From NCBI GenBank assembly GCA_051942245.1, contig JAVECL010000182.1, positions 1 to 38,785 of the forward strand: a DNA stretch of 38,785 nt, read 5' to 3'. Source of the stretch: Trypethelium eluteriae (Eukaryota). Below the pieces are notes generated by a model. That model was given only the letters and a program-made list of their open reading frames with translations, was not told where the DNA came from and did no database searches. Below are positions 12,642 to 24,706 of this stretch, one piece after another. Position numbers and translations under genes: made by a program. Every line of letters starts with the position of its first letter. Positions within the stretch are counted from its first letter, which is position 1.

Positions 12642-14690
12642 ATGCATGTGAATAGCCCAACGAGACGGTTACCTATGCGATCACATGAATCCTACAAATA
12701 TGCGGCTCTGCTTCATGCGTCTTCTATTCGGCTGTTCTTATTACATCCCGGGGAATGCGATGATCCACTCGTTGGCGAGCTTCAGACGTTTCAATTAGAT
12801 GCATATTTGCCAACCCCTGCGTTTGAAGCGATCTCGTATGTTTGGGGCTCGAGTAAGCCCGATCATATTGTTGAATGCGATGGAAAGCGTCTACTCGTTA
12901 CCCAAAGCCTGAAAAATGCTCTCCAACGCGTAAGGCATCGCAAATTCCCGACGTACATATGGGCAGATGCAATATGCATCGACCAGTCGAATATGAGAGA
13001 GCGCAAATTGCAAGTTGCTTTGATGAGCGCGATATTCTCGGAAGCCAGCACGGTTTCGGTGTGCCTCAGCTTGCACAGTGGGCTAACAGCAGAGAACCAT
13101 GAGACATTGGCACAGATTTTTGAGAACTTCGACGGACCCACGGACTCTTTGAAAGTAGTGCATTCACCGTTCCAAATGCGAGCAGCACCTCTAGATCGAG
13201 ATACACCACGGCGACTCGCCAGATCCGATTTGAATCATTGGAAACCCGATCAGCACCGTTTTTCGTCCTACCCACGTTCCTACTGGTTACTGCTCGCAAA
13301 ATTCTTCGATAACTCCTGGTTCACTCGAATCTGGGTCGTTCAAGAGATTACTGAGAGCCGGAGTGCACAAGTCTATCTTGGGCACCAGATAATTCCTTGG
13401 CAGAAAGTCGCGGGAGTAGCGAAATTCGTCTTGAGAGATCGGATTTACACGAGCCACATCCTCCGATATAGCCACTCCAATGGTATACGAAATGCTCTTT
13501 TCATGGACAACAAGACCAATCTCGCTGCCTGCAGATCTATTCCAGCTATGCTGCAGTCAACGAGAGACTTCGGAGCTTCTGATCCCAGAGACAAGGTTTA
13601 CGTAATGCTGAACAAATCAATCAGGAGAACACGCATCCTTTCCAAATTCCAATTCTTGAGGGCAAGGACATACTTCGAATTCTCTGCACAGATTGTCTCG
13701 TTGCTGTGGCTCCTGTCATTAGTCGTTCGTCACTGTCCGACCGGAGGCGAATTTTGGTATTTGATGACAGCTCTTACCTGCTTAACCTACTTTCTCCGCC
13801 TCAATGGCTTGTTGAAGGACGTGTTGTGGGACATCGGGCAGCGTTTCATGCAATTTCTCTTACTCTTCGAAAGGACAGTACTGCACAATCTACAGGTTAC
13901 GAACATTGGTACTGTCCTCTCTATCTCTGCAGACTACACTCTTACCGTTCACGCCGTGTACAGAATGGTCGCCAGAGAAGTTATGGAACGTTCTGGAAAA
14001 CTCGACACGCTTTCCTATGTTAGTCATATGAATGACGTCGACATCGACATTAGTTTCCCGTCCTGGGTGCCTCGATGGGATCGTCCTACAAATGGTGTAG
14101 AGATCCTTGTCGGGATACCTGGGCATAAATACTGCGCAACCGCCAGATATTACCACAACGTCGACCCTTCGCCAAAGCACGCAGATCACTTCGAGGTAAA
14201 AGGTATTTGTATCTCGACCATCACCTCTGTCTCGAGTATCATGAGTGCATTTGGCCCAATTTCATCCGCCGCTGAGACCCAAACGGGGCTTGTGAAAGGC
14301 ACGGAGAGGCAACACAGTGACAAGTTAAGACTTGTCTATTTGACTCCGGAGCCCCCTTTTCGAAAGGTCTTCCGAGGCATGATAAGTGCAGGTGGGCTTG
14401 AAAGTAATAATTACAATCGAAGCGTGGCGACTGCACGAAGAATATGCCATGGCAGAAGATACTTCTCCACGGTTGACGGACATCTCGGCATCGGACCTGC
14501 AGCAATGCGGGAGGGAGATGTTGTTTGCGTTCTGTTCGGAGGTAATGTTCCCTACATCTTGCGACCTACTGATACGGATCGCATGTACAGATTTGTTGGT
14601 GAAAGCTATGTTCATGGTGCAATGCCAGGTGAGATCATTGATTTATGGTGGCAGAGCAGGTTGAACCAGCGGTCTTTTGTACTTTGCTAG
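12642..14690 (+). CDS. Heterokaryon incompatibility (HET domain) protein, HET-6-like, intronless, 682 aa
   Basis: Motifs seen: IRLFLLHPG, FEAISYVWG, YIWADAICIDQ, QVALMSAIFSEA, WFTRIWVVQE, DPRDKVY, FPSWVPRW, GDVVCVLFGGNVPYILRP and GESYVHGAMPGE. Confidence 0.92.
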   Translation: MHVNSPTRRLPMRSHESYKYAALLHASSIRLFLLHPGECDDPLVGELQTFQLDAYLPTPAFEAISYVWGSSKPDHIVECDGKRLLVTQSLKNALQRVRHRKFPTYIWADAICIDQSNMRERKLQVALMSAIFSEASTVSVCLSLHSGLTAENHETLAQIFENFDGPTDSLKVVHSPFQMRAAPLDRDTPRRLARSDLNHWKPDQHRFSSYPRSYWLLLAKFFDNSWFTRIWVVQEITESRSAQVYLGHQIIPWQKVAGVAKFVLRDRIYTSHILRYSHSNGIRNALFMDNKTNLAACRSIPAMLQSTRDFGASDPRDKVYVMLNKSIRRTRILSKFQFLRARTYFEFSAQIVSLLWLLSLVVRHCPTGGEFWYLMTALTCLTYFLRLNGLLKDVLWDIGQRFMQFLLLFERTVLHNLQVTNIGTVLSISADYTLTVHAVYRMVAREVMERSGKLDTLSYVSHMNDVDIDISFPSWVPRWDRPTNGVEILVGIPGHKYCATARYYHNVDPSPKHADHFEVKGICISTITSVSSIMSAFGPISSAAETQTGLVKGTERQHSDKLRLVYLTPEPPFRKVFRGMISAGGLESNNYNRSVATARRICHGRRYFSTVDGHLGIGPAAMREGDVVCVLFGGNVPYILRPTDTDRMYRFVGESYVHGAMPGEIIDLWWQSRLNQRSFVLC

Positions 14691-15551
14691 ATTAGGTACG
14701 CTGGTGGCAGTCCGAGCTAACTGAATTTGACGACTTCTTTACACTAGCCAATGAAAAAGAATTCTTGACTTGTACTGGCTTTCCTGGATCTGCTGTAGCA
14801 CGCCTTCATCTCCGACTCTTCATCACTGGAAAACGTTAAATGTACCTTGACCGTCACCTTGCGTAGAAAACTCAGATTCTGAAGAAGATTGCGGGTGTGA
14901 CTATTCGGTTCTATCTCCGCCGTGCGACTGGCAGCAAAGATCATCATTATATGTTATTCTAGATCTCCATGCGGATCTCGTTATCCTTCAGGCCTTCTCG
15001 GAACCCCTCAAAACGACTGAGAACATCCAACGGCTGATCTCAGAGTCGAAATATTCCTGAACCTGTTTCTGGTTTAAGGTGCGGTACCTTGCAAGCTTGA
15101 CGTTGGGGGATTCGTACACTCTAGTAATTTTGACACCAAAAAGAGAAATATAAGTTGGAGAGGGTGTGCAAACACACATTTAGAGCGAATGAGACAGTAT
15201 TCCAAGACAGTCACGATAGAGCTCTTAGGAAGGACAAATATAGAGATCGCAAAGAGGTGAAGAGGTTTTCTTATATTGCAGGGGCTTGAATAGCTGAGGA
15301 AAAGCTTCAGTGTACGTAGGTGCTCGAACAACTGAAGCCCAACTAAGCTTGGCATGTTCTTCGCGGTATTACTCATGCTCATTCACTAACAAGTGATTTG
15401 TTAGACACACATTCAATTCTTTCAGCCTTCCCATGGAGTTTCAACAATGTGTCCAAGACTGAGTGTATCTCTCCAGAAAAATATACTGAGTCCGTCCATC
15501 GATATCACCACTTGAACCGAGGGTGCATGAGGTTTCTCACAGAGTCATATA

Positions 15552-17289
15552 CTATGGTGTAACGGGAATGAGCTTCACTCGTAGGTCTTCCCACCACCCA
15601 ACACCACCTCGAACCGTCCATCTCTCTTCTCCACCGGCTCGCCGGACATCGAATCTTCTCAGAAGCTCCGTCGTCGCTTTGAGAAGCTCCGCCATGGCGA
15701 TATCTTTACCTAGACAAAGACGGGCTCCATAACCGAAGACGAACTGGAAGCGCAACCACTCCCTGACTTGCTCGTCGCTTGCTTCGAGCCAGCGGTCTGG
15801 GCGCCAGACCTCAGCATCATCTCCATAGAGTGTCTTGTCTCTTCCCACAACCAGCACATTTGCCGTAACCTCGAAGCCTGGTGGTACGCTCTGCTCGCCA
15901 CTCGACAGTGGAAGCACCAAGCCCGGTGGCGAGACCAGGCGCGGAAAGGTGCCAGGCAGCGGAGGCCGTAAGCGCAGCGTCTCGCGGAGACAGGCAGTAA
16001 ATAGCGGACAATGAAGCTGCACCTCAGCTGGAGTCGGAGCCGGATCAGACAGGTGACCCTTCGCACTCGCATTCCGGATCTCCGCCGTGACGCGCTCGTA
16101 AACCGAAGGCTCATCAATCAGAAACTGCAGCAGCGACTGCAGCGCCGTCCCCGTCGTCTCCGCCCCCGCTATCAGAATATTCAGCGTCTCCTGCTTCACC
16201 ACCCCCGGCGGCAGGGGCCTGTCCTCCTCGTCCCTGGCATCAAGAATCGCCTGCAGCAGATCCTGCCGCTCTGGCTGCGCGCCTGCCCTCAGAGCAGCCA
16301 GACGCTCTCTGAGCACCCTGTCACGCGTCCTCAGGAGGATGCCAAAGCCGATGTTGGCGTCGCGGCTCGGCACGAGACCCAGTTTGCGCAGCAGCCAGCT
16401 CGAGCGACTGAGATACGCTTTCAGCGGGTAGGCGCGCGCGAGGAAGCCGAAAAGCGCCCAGCCGGTGTGCAGGCCGCGGATGAGGTCGCCTATGTCGGTT
16501 GCGGCGGCGATGAAGCCCAGGGGGGCGCCGAAGGCGATGTCGCTGATGACGTCGAAGGCGAGGTAGGAGGCCCAGGACGCGATGTCGAAGGGCTCACTGG
16601 TCTCGGCGTAGAGTTCGGATAGTCGTGAGAGCCAGTGGGATATGTGTGAGTCGATGAACGGCTCGAGCTTTGCGACGTTGCTGGCGTTGTACTGGGACGT
16701 CTCTCAGCTCGGACTCTTTCTGTTGGGGTAAGCTTGCCTCACTGGACGACTGAGCATCTTGCGTCGCTGAGCATGGTCTTTGTGGTTTGAGAGTGCAAAG
16801 AGGCTCTCCATAGCCGTTTTGACCATGGGTGCATCTTGTTTGGTTTTGTCCGCGTTTCGGTGGTATATTACCGGTAGCATTCGCGCATCGCAGAAGGCCA
16901 GTAAGTCCGGAGAAATACGTACTACAGGTCCTGTTATAATGAGATATTAGCATATTCTCAAAGGCCTCATCTGGAAGACCCAATTGATGCCGCAGCTGGC
17001 TATTTGCATAAATCGAGGTTTAATAATAGACAGTATATTTGGGGATAGAAGAATGAAACTCATGCTGATACAATTGACAGATGCTCTCTATTATGATCGA
17101 ACGCATACCATGTTGCTTGTGCAAGCAGAGAAAAGTTTCTGCCTCATCTCCTTGAACAGCGTGGTAGGCCAACCAAAGCCGACTCAATTTTGCCAATAAT
17201 GGCCCCGGGAATCTTGCTAATGGATGGAAAAAGCAATGGTAGAAAACATAGCAGACGGTCAAAATGCTGATGGCCACCGGAAACAGCAT
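15552..17289 (-). CDS. Cytochrome P450 monooxygenase (about 502 aa, 3 exons)
   Basis: Exons are 17289-17109, 16930-16743 and 16691-15552. The protein has an N-terminal TM anchor plus HPLARFPGP, GPVVRISP, I-helix AGAETT, ExxR (ETLR), PDRW and the heme motif FGYGARLCLG. Confidence 0.96.
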
Positions 17290-17350
17290 CAGGAATAACC
17301 TGTGTGAACACAGCAACGTCAGAAAATCGAGATCGAGCCAGGAGCTTTTC

Positions 17351-17376
17351 AAAAAAAAAAAAAAAAAAAAAAAAAA
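17351..17376. repeat. Poly(dA:dT) tract, 26 bp
   Basis: A26 run starting 62 bp upstream of the P450 ATG (T26 on the coding strand). Confidence 0.9.
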
Positions 17377-19837
17377 CACCGATGTCTCGCGTCGAGTTAA
17401 CTCGCAATCAGACTGGGCCTCGCTATCAGCGACATGAATACGCTGCGTATGTGAGCCGCATTGTGTAGTAAATGGATGCTTGTTTGCTCCCGTCAGCCCC
17501 GTCACCGGCGCAAGGAGTGGGGTCCGTTGTTGAAAGCAGCTTGCTTGAGACTTTCTGGGATAAGACGTTGAAGGAGCCGGTCGCCTCCGACCACCCTCTC
17601 ATGACGCTGTTGCAACATGTATTGTCCATGAGCGAATAAGTATGAGATAGCGAGCGCCTAAGCGATCTTTATTGCACCAGCAGATCCAGACGGCTTTTTC
17701 TTCCGCGCTCAAGGCATTGATCTACTGCAAGTATCTCCTACACGTGCCAGATACTTGGTGTCACGTAATTTGCCTGGACCTTTGATGCGTGATAGTGACG
17801 CACAGAGTAAACAAAAAGAAAGTTTTCAGATGACAGTCACGGCCATGTCAGCACTGGCTTGCTCAGGTCATACGCCAAAAGGGGCACTAGCAGTACTGAA
17901 AGGGGTGATAGAAGATGTTATTGGGGTCAAAGCCGCCACTTTCGGCTAGAAGTACTCGATAGTAGGGCAGACCGTGCGAGAAATTTCGGGAAAGAGAAGC
18001 CCATCTGCGTGCCGAGGGAAACTGCTGAAAGTCACATCTCTAACTAGTAGATCACCCTAGGGTGACAAGGTCAGGAAGCGAAGCGTACGTGTATAGTGGC
18101 CTGTCCCAGACGATTGCGAATTCCACAGCCCTTCGAAATGCGATTGAGATGGGTATTAGATGAGGTTGTGGGTTCCTGCGAAAGAGCCGGAGGTCAACCC
18201 TGCAAATAGGTGATCCAATAGAAGGGGGTTGGGTCGCTATGATCTCCCCGTGCTGACCTGCCACTGACTCCGGCGGAGCTTTGACCACATGCTGGGAGAG
18301 AGATGTACGGATATTTCCTTAATAAGACTACCTACTTATTGATTCATTGATCGAACTCGGCGCGATACACTGAATTGACATCGGCTCCGCATTACTATGC
18401 GTAGATCATAAATTCGCTTATACTGATTCTATCTGTTTACTGTCATCGTTCCGGTACATCTCGAACTTGGCACCTTGGAGTGAGGATTTGGGATTTGCTG
18501 ATCATTTTTAGTTGCAACGGTATCTTCCGCCACGGCCTGGGCAACGGCAAGCGGCCCGCGTGGAATACCTCTAGTCCTCGTAGTATGGGGAACAATCATG
18601 ACCAATTAGATAGCGCATTCACGGAATACGACGGGAACACCGGATTGAACATAAGAAATTCTAGTCTTGACCGGTTTCGCGGTTGCAGCTTAGACTTCTG
18701 TCATCGGCGCGCGCGATGGTATCAGCTGGATGCAAGAGGAAGATCGTGCGGAAAACCGGTCATGTACCTAGGGATTGTATCACCGTATTTCCTCCATGAG
18801 AATTCTTCCTTTCGCATCATGCTAGACTCCCCGGGGTTAGCGATGGGAGGTTGGGAGGCCAGGCACCTCAGCTATGACTGCCACCCTGCGGTGGGCTGAC
18901 TCCCCGCATTGTGCCTCCCAAGTCTAAAGGGTGGCGTGAAGACTAGGATAACGACGATCCTCCGGAGAACGAGCCAACCAACCACATCCATTACTACGTG
19001 AAAAGAGGGCGAGGAAGCCTATGAGTTTAGGTCGTGTTTCGACCAGTACCTTTACTATTCCTCTTCTAACCCCATGCCAAAGTCCGTTCTTACTAGTTAG
19101 TAATTACACGCTCTCTGTACGGTCCAGATATAGTGAGATCTGCAGCTGATTAGGGTTGCAGCGAGGCAAGCGAGATATGATTTAGAGCTCGTTCGGGCAC
19201 AGCACCGAACATTAAGGCCAAGATTTTCGCCTGACATCGTGGGAAACCGTGCAGTCCTTGCATACTAATCTTCGTTCATCGTACTCGAGAGTGTCAGGCC
19301 ATGGGTAATTTCTGGGCTCGACATTTGAGTATCGGTTTTACGGCTGAATCACGATCTATCACTCGTTAGTCTGGAGCCCCTTGAAAACACTTGGAGCCAT
19401 ATCGCTACATGGACAGGGAGAGAATCTTTGTTTAAGTAGGTCAAGCGCGGATCTGCATTATTAACCACGTGCATAGTATCTAGACGATGCCGGTGTGCCA
19501 GAAAATAAGACGTAATGCATGGATAGTGCAGTCTCAGAACAGGTATCCACTATAAACTATCCCGCATTCTGCTGGCAAGCAACGCAATCCAATAGCACCG
19601 TCGCCGGACTTGTGCCGCCCTCGGGCCTGGTAGTGCTTAGGATAGGCGAGGAATAGTCTTCAGGTGAATAGTGCTTTTCGCTCTCAGCCAAGAATATTGG
19701 ATTGGCTGCTTCATCGAGATATATTTCCTTGTTCATGTCCCAAAAGCGCCGCATGTTGCCCTTGATGGCTTCTTGAATGGAGCTCCAAGTTGAATGCCTG
19801 CCACCGAAGCAATTCTCTTGAAGGCAACATCAGCGCA

Positions 19838-21025
19838 ATGCCTGCCGTCCAGATTATGCCCATGTGGCAGGCCAGTGCCATGCGAGACACTGGCATTGCC
19901 TTCATTACTCTAGCGACAGTATCTGTCACTCTTCGTTTCATTGCCAAGATAGGCTGCAAGATCAGTTTGGGAGCAGATGACTGGTGGATATTGGCTACGC
20001 TTGCCATCTTTTATCTGGAGCAGTTTATGCAGCTTTATTGCAAGTCACGCTCCCAATAATTGATGAGCTCGACTGACAATCAACACAGCAATTGTTGCAT
20101 ACATAAACCACGACGATGCTGTCGCGCTTCTCAAGGTACGTTTCATCAGCACCTGCCTCAAAGATATCCACTGACGACGTCCCCAAGTATATGTACATTT
20201 CCGCCTGCTTCTACTACGCGGTTCATACGGGCCTACGTATCACGATTTTGGCATTTTATAGACGCATCTTCACAACTCCATGGTTTCACCGATGGTCTAT
20301 GGTCGTCATTGTTATCTGTGTCTTGTGGTTCATACCCGGAACATTCGTTGAGATCTTCACCTGCAATCCGCCAGAGCATGATTGGAATCCGGCAGTCCCA
20401 GGCACCTGCCTGAATTACATGCTATTCTACGTTATATTCATGTCAATTGAAATAGTCCTGGATGCCGTCATTATCGCCATGCCGATTTACGAAATCTCTA
20501 AGCTCCAAATGCCAACGGGCAGAAAATTTGGTATCGCCAGCGTGTTCGCAGTGGGAATTTTGTAAGCATCCCTTCCTCAGCTGGAGTTATTCTAGTCGCT
20601 GAACTATGTTTGCCAGCGTCATCGTAACTGCTGTCATTCGTGTCGTCTTAACCTACACCAGCAACCCAGTCACGCGTAAGTTGCGTCAAGCCTCATGAGA
20701 TGTGATACTTGCTAACTCCACTGAAGTCGACATGTATTCGGACGTTGTCTGGTACAACATGAATGATGGGGCTGCTTTCCTTGGTGCATGTATGCCAACT
20801 TATCTTCCGATGGTGATGGCAGCTAAGCGAAAGGTTTTGGAATACGGCAACTCCATCCGCTTCAGGTTGTCATCGGGTACCGGTCGCAGCGATACCAATG
20901 GAGTCGCAAAGATCAAGGAATCGGTCTCCTCCCGTGGTAGAAAGCTGGATCAGAAGTTTGACGACGAAGGAAGTGAGGTCTATATCCTCCCAACTGTATC
21001 CCCGAGAAGGGATCTCGATACATAG
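19838..21025 (+). CDS. PTH11-like / fungal rhodopsin-domain integral membrane protein (about 326 aa, 5 exons, no CFEM domain)
   Basis: Exons are 19838-20039, 20089-20135, 20188-20561, 20617-20675 and 20727-21025; the first intron is GC-AG. Motifs: LRF.AK...GADDW, RITILAFYRRIF, FTCNPPEHDWNP...GTC, LDAVIIAMPI...LQMPTGRK, TAVIR and GACMP. Confidence 0.9.
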
Positions 21026-21306
21026 GTACTAGAAAGCACGAGACGAAATGCTCCTCACGGGGTTGGTGTGAGATACAGAAGCTGCTAGAGGCTTAAAAAT
21101 CCTGAGACGCTGCCTCCAGGTGGTAAAAGAAATGTCATCTTTGTGCGATTTCCAGAGATTGACAGAAAATATTTCCACATTATAGTCGGGAACTAGATGT
21201 AGTGTTGACTGTCATTCCTCAGAAAAAAAAAAGTGGGAGCGCACTCGGGCACCAGGGTTCCTGCAATAGAAGCCAGTGTCCACGTGAGTGATGTACAACT
21301 TACCTA

Positions 21307-21488
21307 CCTTACCGCGGAGGGGGGGGTCCCTCAACTGGTAATTAACACAATGTTATTTCAGCGATACTGTTATGAGCCTATTAGCCCATGTTAACGCCGT
21401 CTTAACATGGGCCAACATGGTTCTAACAGTAAAATTGAGATAACATTGTGTTAATCACCAGTTGAGGAGCCCCCCCTCCGCGGTGAGG
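21307..21488. mobile_element. Fold-back MITE-like element, copy 1 (182 bp, TA on both flanks)
   Basis: The whole element is an imperfect palindrome, CCTTACCGCGGAGGGG...CCCATGTTAA-(7-nt loop 21395-21401)-TTAACATGGG...CCCCTCCGCGGTGAGG. It is flanked by TA at 21305-06 and 21489-90, and is homologous to 27050-27230. Confidence 0.88.
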
Positions 21489-21740
21489 TACATGATTGAA
21501 GAAAAGCGCTGTACGCGGCCACCCTGTTTGTGCAGGAAAATCGGACCTGTGCGAACCAGGGATGTTTTTGTTCTCCCAGACCCATGCTATCTCGTACATG
21601 TGCATGTGCCTATGTACCGTCAGAATGGTAACAAATTTTCATGGCAGCCGCACTATTGTACATAAATGATTCACCTCGCCATGTTGTAGCCACTCTACTA
21701 CAATTCTTCCTTGGACTTGGCGTGAGATTTCCCGCTTAAC

Positions 21741-22850
21741 ATGGCTTCTATATGGTCGCCGACGAACGCAAAGTCCGCCAAACTCAATACCGGACGTACT
21801 TACGGCTGGGTTTCCATCCCAGGATCCCATTCCTCAAGAGGGACAATTCTGTTCCTTCATGGCTTTCCCTCGGCAAGCTATGACTGGCGTCATCAGATCG
21901 ACCACTTCTCTGCTTTGGGTTATCGAATCCTCGCGCCGGACCTTTTGGGCTATGGGGATACTGACAAGCCCACAGAGCTTGAGCCTTATGCGTTCAAGTC
22001 AATGGCGGCCGATATCATCGCCTTATTAGACTATGAAGGTGTCGAAGACAAAGTACACATGGTTGGACACGATTTCGGCAGTTTATTTCTTAGTCAAATT
22101 ATCAACTACCATCCAGGCCGGGTCAGGACTGCGAGTTTCCTCGCTGTCAACTACTTTCCGCCCGGGGAGCCTTTGGATATTGATCAGGCAAAAGCGTTGT
22201 GTGAAGGCGCTTTAGGCTTCGAGCGTTTTGGGTACATTCGCTTCTTCAACGAGAAAGGTTGCTGGAAGCTTATGGACGATCATGTACGAGAGCCCCTCGC
22301 CCTTTCTTCCTCTTATGTATAAGTTTTGTCTCGGGCTTCTGGGAGCAAGAATTCTTGTTCACCAAGGGTATGATACTGATCAGCATAGTTGGAAAGTTTC
22401 TTCACGCTTTTTTATGGCTCGGAGCCTGACACGGCGATGGACTTTTACCCAGCTGGGAAGCTGGAGGCGTGGTTGAAGGCGGACCGGAAATCGTCATTCC
22501 CAAGGCATATGACAGCAGCTGAGAAGCAAATGCGGGATCATATCTTCGATCCTTCCGCTGATCGGGGTTATCGAGGACCCACCAACTGGTATAAGGCGCG
22601 TTTTGGGCATAAGATTGGAGTTGAGCAAGAGCAGAAAGATGGTCTCGATCCATACATTCCCTGTCCAACACTTTACGTCGAACAGGCCCCAACCAGCAAG
22701 GTGCACATGCCCTATCTAACGGAGCAGACCGCCAAATACACCAAAGCAGAGAACATTACGAAAGCCGTCGAAACAGAGAGTCACTGGATAATCTTGGATT
22801 CGGCGAAGGAAGTAAACCAGATACTCGAAGAGTTTCTAGCTCGATACTGA
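21741..22850 (+). CDS. Alpha/beta hydrolase, soluble epoxide hydrolase type (about 334 aa)
   Basis: Exons are 21741-22283 and 22389-22850. It has the HGFP oxyanion motif, APDLLGYGDTDKP, the Asp nucleophile elbow GHDFG, lid tyrosine candidates (FGYIRFF, NWYKA) and the catalytic His in ESHWI. Confidence 0.9.
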
Positions 22851-24706
22851 GACGAGCATGCTGTAGATTCTCATAGGGATAGTGAAAGGCTGGGCGCGTT
22901 GTGGCAATACTTCGTTGTCTTCCAAATCAATGAAGATCGTTCTGGGCGACGGATCTTTCACTTGGTAGTTGGTTTATCGCGTGGGTTTTCGGCATTAAAC
23001 AATCAACGCCTGTCCACGCCTCCTGGCCACTTCACCCTGCCTGCAGGTGACGGACAAGGGCATCACGGTTGGAAGAAGTACGGAGTACGAAGTGCTTTCC
23101 TGATGGTGCTGTAGCATGAGTTCGGGTAAGGAGGATTGTCCAGGTAGAGCTTAGCAAAGTGGGGTCGCCCGGAAATTGGTGGATGCCATCCCCTTCGTAC
23201 TCTAAACGACCATCCTCACTAAACAGCTGATCCTAATAATCGTATCTGGTGGTTTCTTTGCGGATAGCTCCCTAGGAAAAGCACCGGAAAAGCATCCAAA
23301 CTTTAGAATTTCGAAGGAAGAGGGGAGAGCCAGCACCCACGGAGGTGGCACCGAGTACCGAGTAACTAATTCCCGGATCGTGTCGTCCAAAGAAGCGCGT
23401 CCATCCGCTGACGCCACTCTACCACTGCGGTGACTGCAGACTTGCGACCCGTGGCGTGCACCGTCCATCCCGTCGGTGCCGTCAATCCTGGACGGGACTC
23501 CCCGTACCGTCTGATGTCAATCTGTCCAAGCTGTTGGTTCGGCGAAGCTTGTCTTGAGGAAAGCCACCGCCGTTACCCGACCGGTCAAGCTTGGCGCGTC
23601 CAGGTCCGAGGTTGACAAGGTTTGCAAGGTTCGCAGGAGCTGAATGTCAAGTGATACCTGAACGATGTTGCGGCAGACTACCTGCTATGCTTTTTCGTAC
23701 ACTGCTTACGACGCTCTTTCTTGATACATCTTGCTTACAATACCTCTAGTGCCGTGCCAGTCGATATTTGCAATTGCTGCGCGATGGATTCTCCTACTCT
23801 CTCCACACCGCATCCCGTTCAGCCGCATTTGCTACGGAGTTAGTGAATCTGGGATCTGTCTTGCACAATCTGGCGATCCGCCTAGACTACTGCAGTTGAC
23901 AGCCATTTGAACGCGAATCAGCGCTTTCGAATTCAATGACTAATCGTTCGTGTCTCATCGTCGGCATAGTTTTGTCCCTAGAGGTGGCGAAAGTCCTTCG
24001 CTTGCTCAGAAGGTAATGGAGCACAATGAGGGCGAGATGAGCTATCCACGGCGTGGATTCTTTGCATTGACGACTAAGGACCAAGGGCGCGAGATGTGGC
24101 ACTTGCTTCTTGCCTGCCAGAGCAGATGAAGATAGAGATAGCCATTAGCGATCGTTAAAATGCCCTTGCTTGTTAGAGTGACGTCTGTGTTGGAGGCGAC
24201 GAGGAGAGCCAGACCGGACAGACAGTCAAATGAGCTAATTGCCATATGCAGATAATACCCTCCATCTGCCATTCTTCTAAATATTCTATTATGTTGTAAG
24301 CTGATTTGAATATTGTCACTAAACGTGGTTGCATAACGCGGAAATATCTTCTATGGTCTTCACCAGGAAGATCGAACTACGCTAACACAATTCGAAGAAA
24401 ATCAATCATACAATAGGTATGTTAATTCCGCGGCTGCATCGATGCGTCCATAATCAGCAACTGCAATGCATCATCTAGGCTGACAGATGTACAGCACATC
24501 TAGGGCCCCCCGCTGTGGTGTTTTACTCCCTACTTGCCTGGCTCGCTAGCGTTTCTTCGTAGCCTCCGTTTCGTGTGCATTCCGGTCGAATCGTCTACAC
24601 AACGGGCTTCCTCATATCGTACTTGCCCAGCCAGGCTCTCCTGTTCGCCTGAAGATTTGAGTCGCTGCGCTCCCCTTTTGACTAAATCAAGCCAAAAACT
24701 TCCTCT

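Noticed and set aside
14744..15382. Three short minus-strand ORFs between the HET gene and the P450, a possible decayed gene
   Set aside because: They cannot be joined into one frame and have no recognisable domain, so they cannot be supported without BLASTX.
16011..16622. 203-aa plus-strand ORF, and similar antisense ORFs over the GT32, ABC and FPGS genes
   Set aside because: These are shadow ORFs opposite GC-rich coding exons.
18305..24350. Recurring GAAATAT(C) words near several cluster promoters (about 6096, 18310, 19720 and 24340)
   Set aside because: This is a short AT-rich word at variable distances, and enrichment cannot be shown by eye.
22900..24700. ORFs and CGG-rich stretch upstream of the PKS, considered as a Zn2Cys6 regulator
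   Set aside because: There is no CxxCxxxxxxC pattern or spliceable model, so the region is treated as promoter/intergenic.
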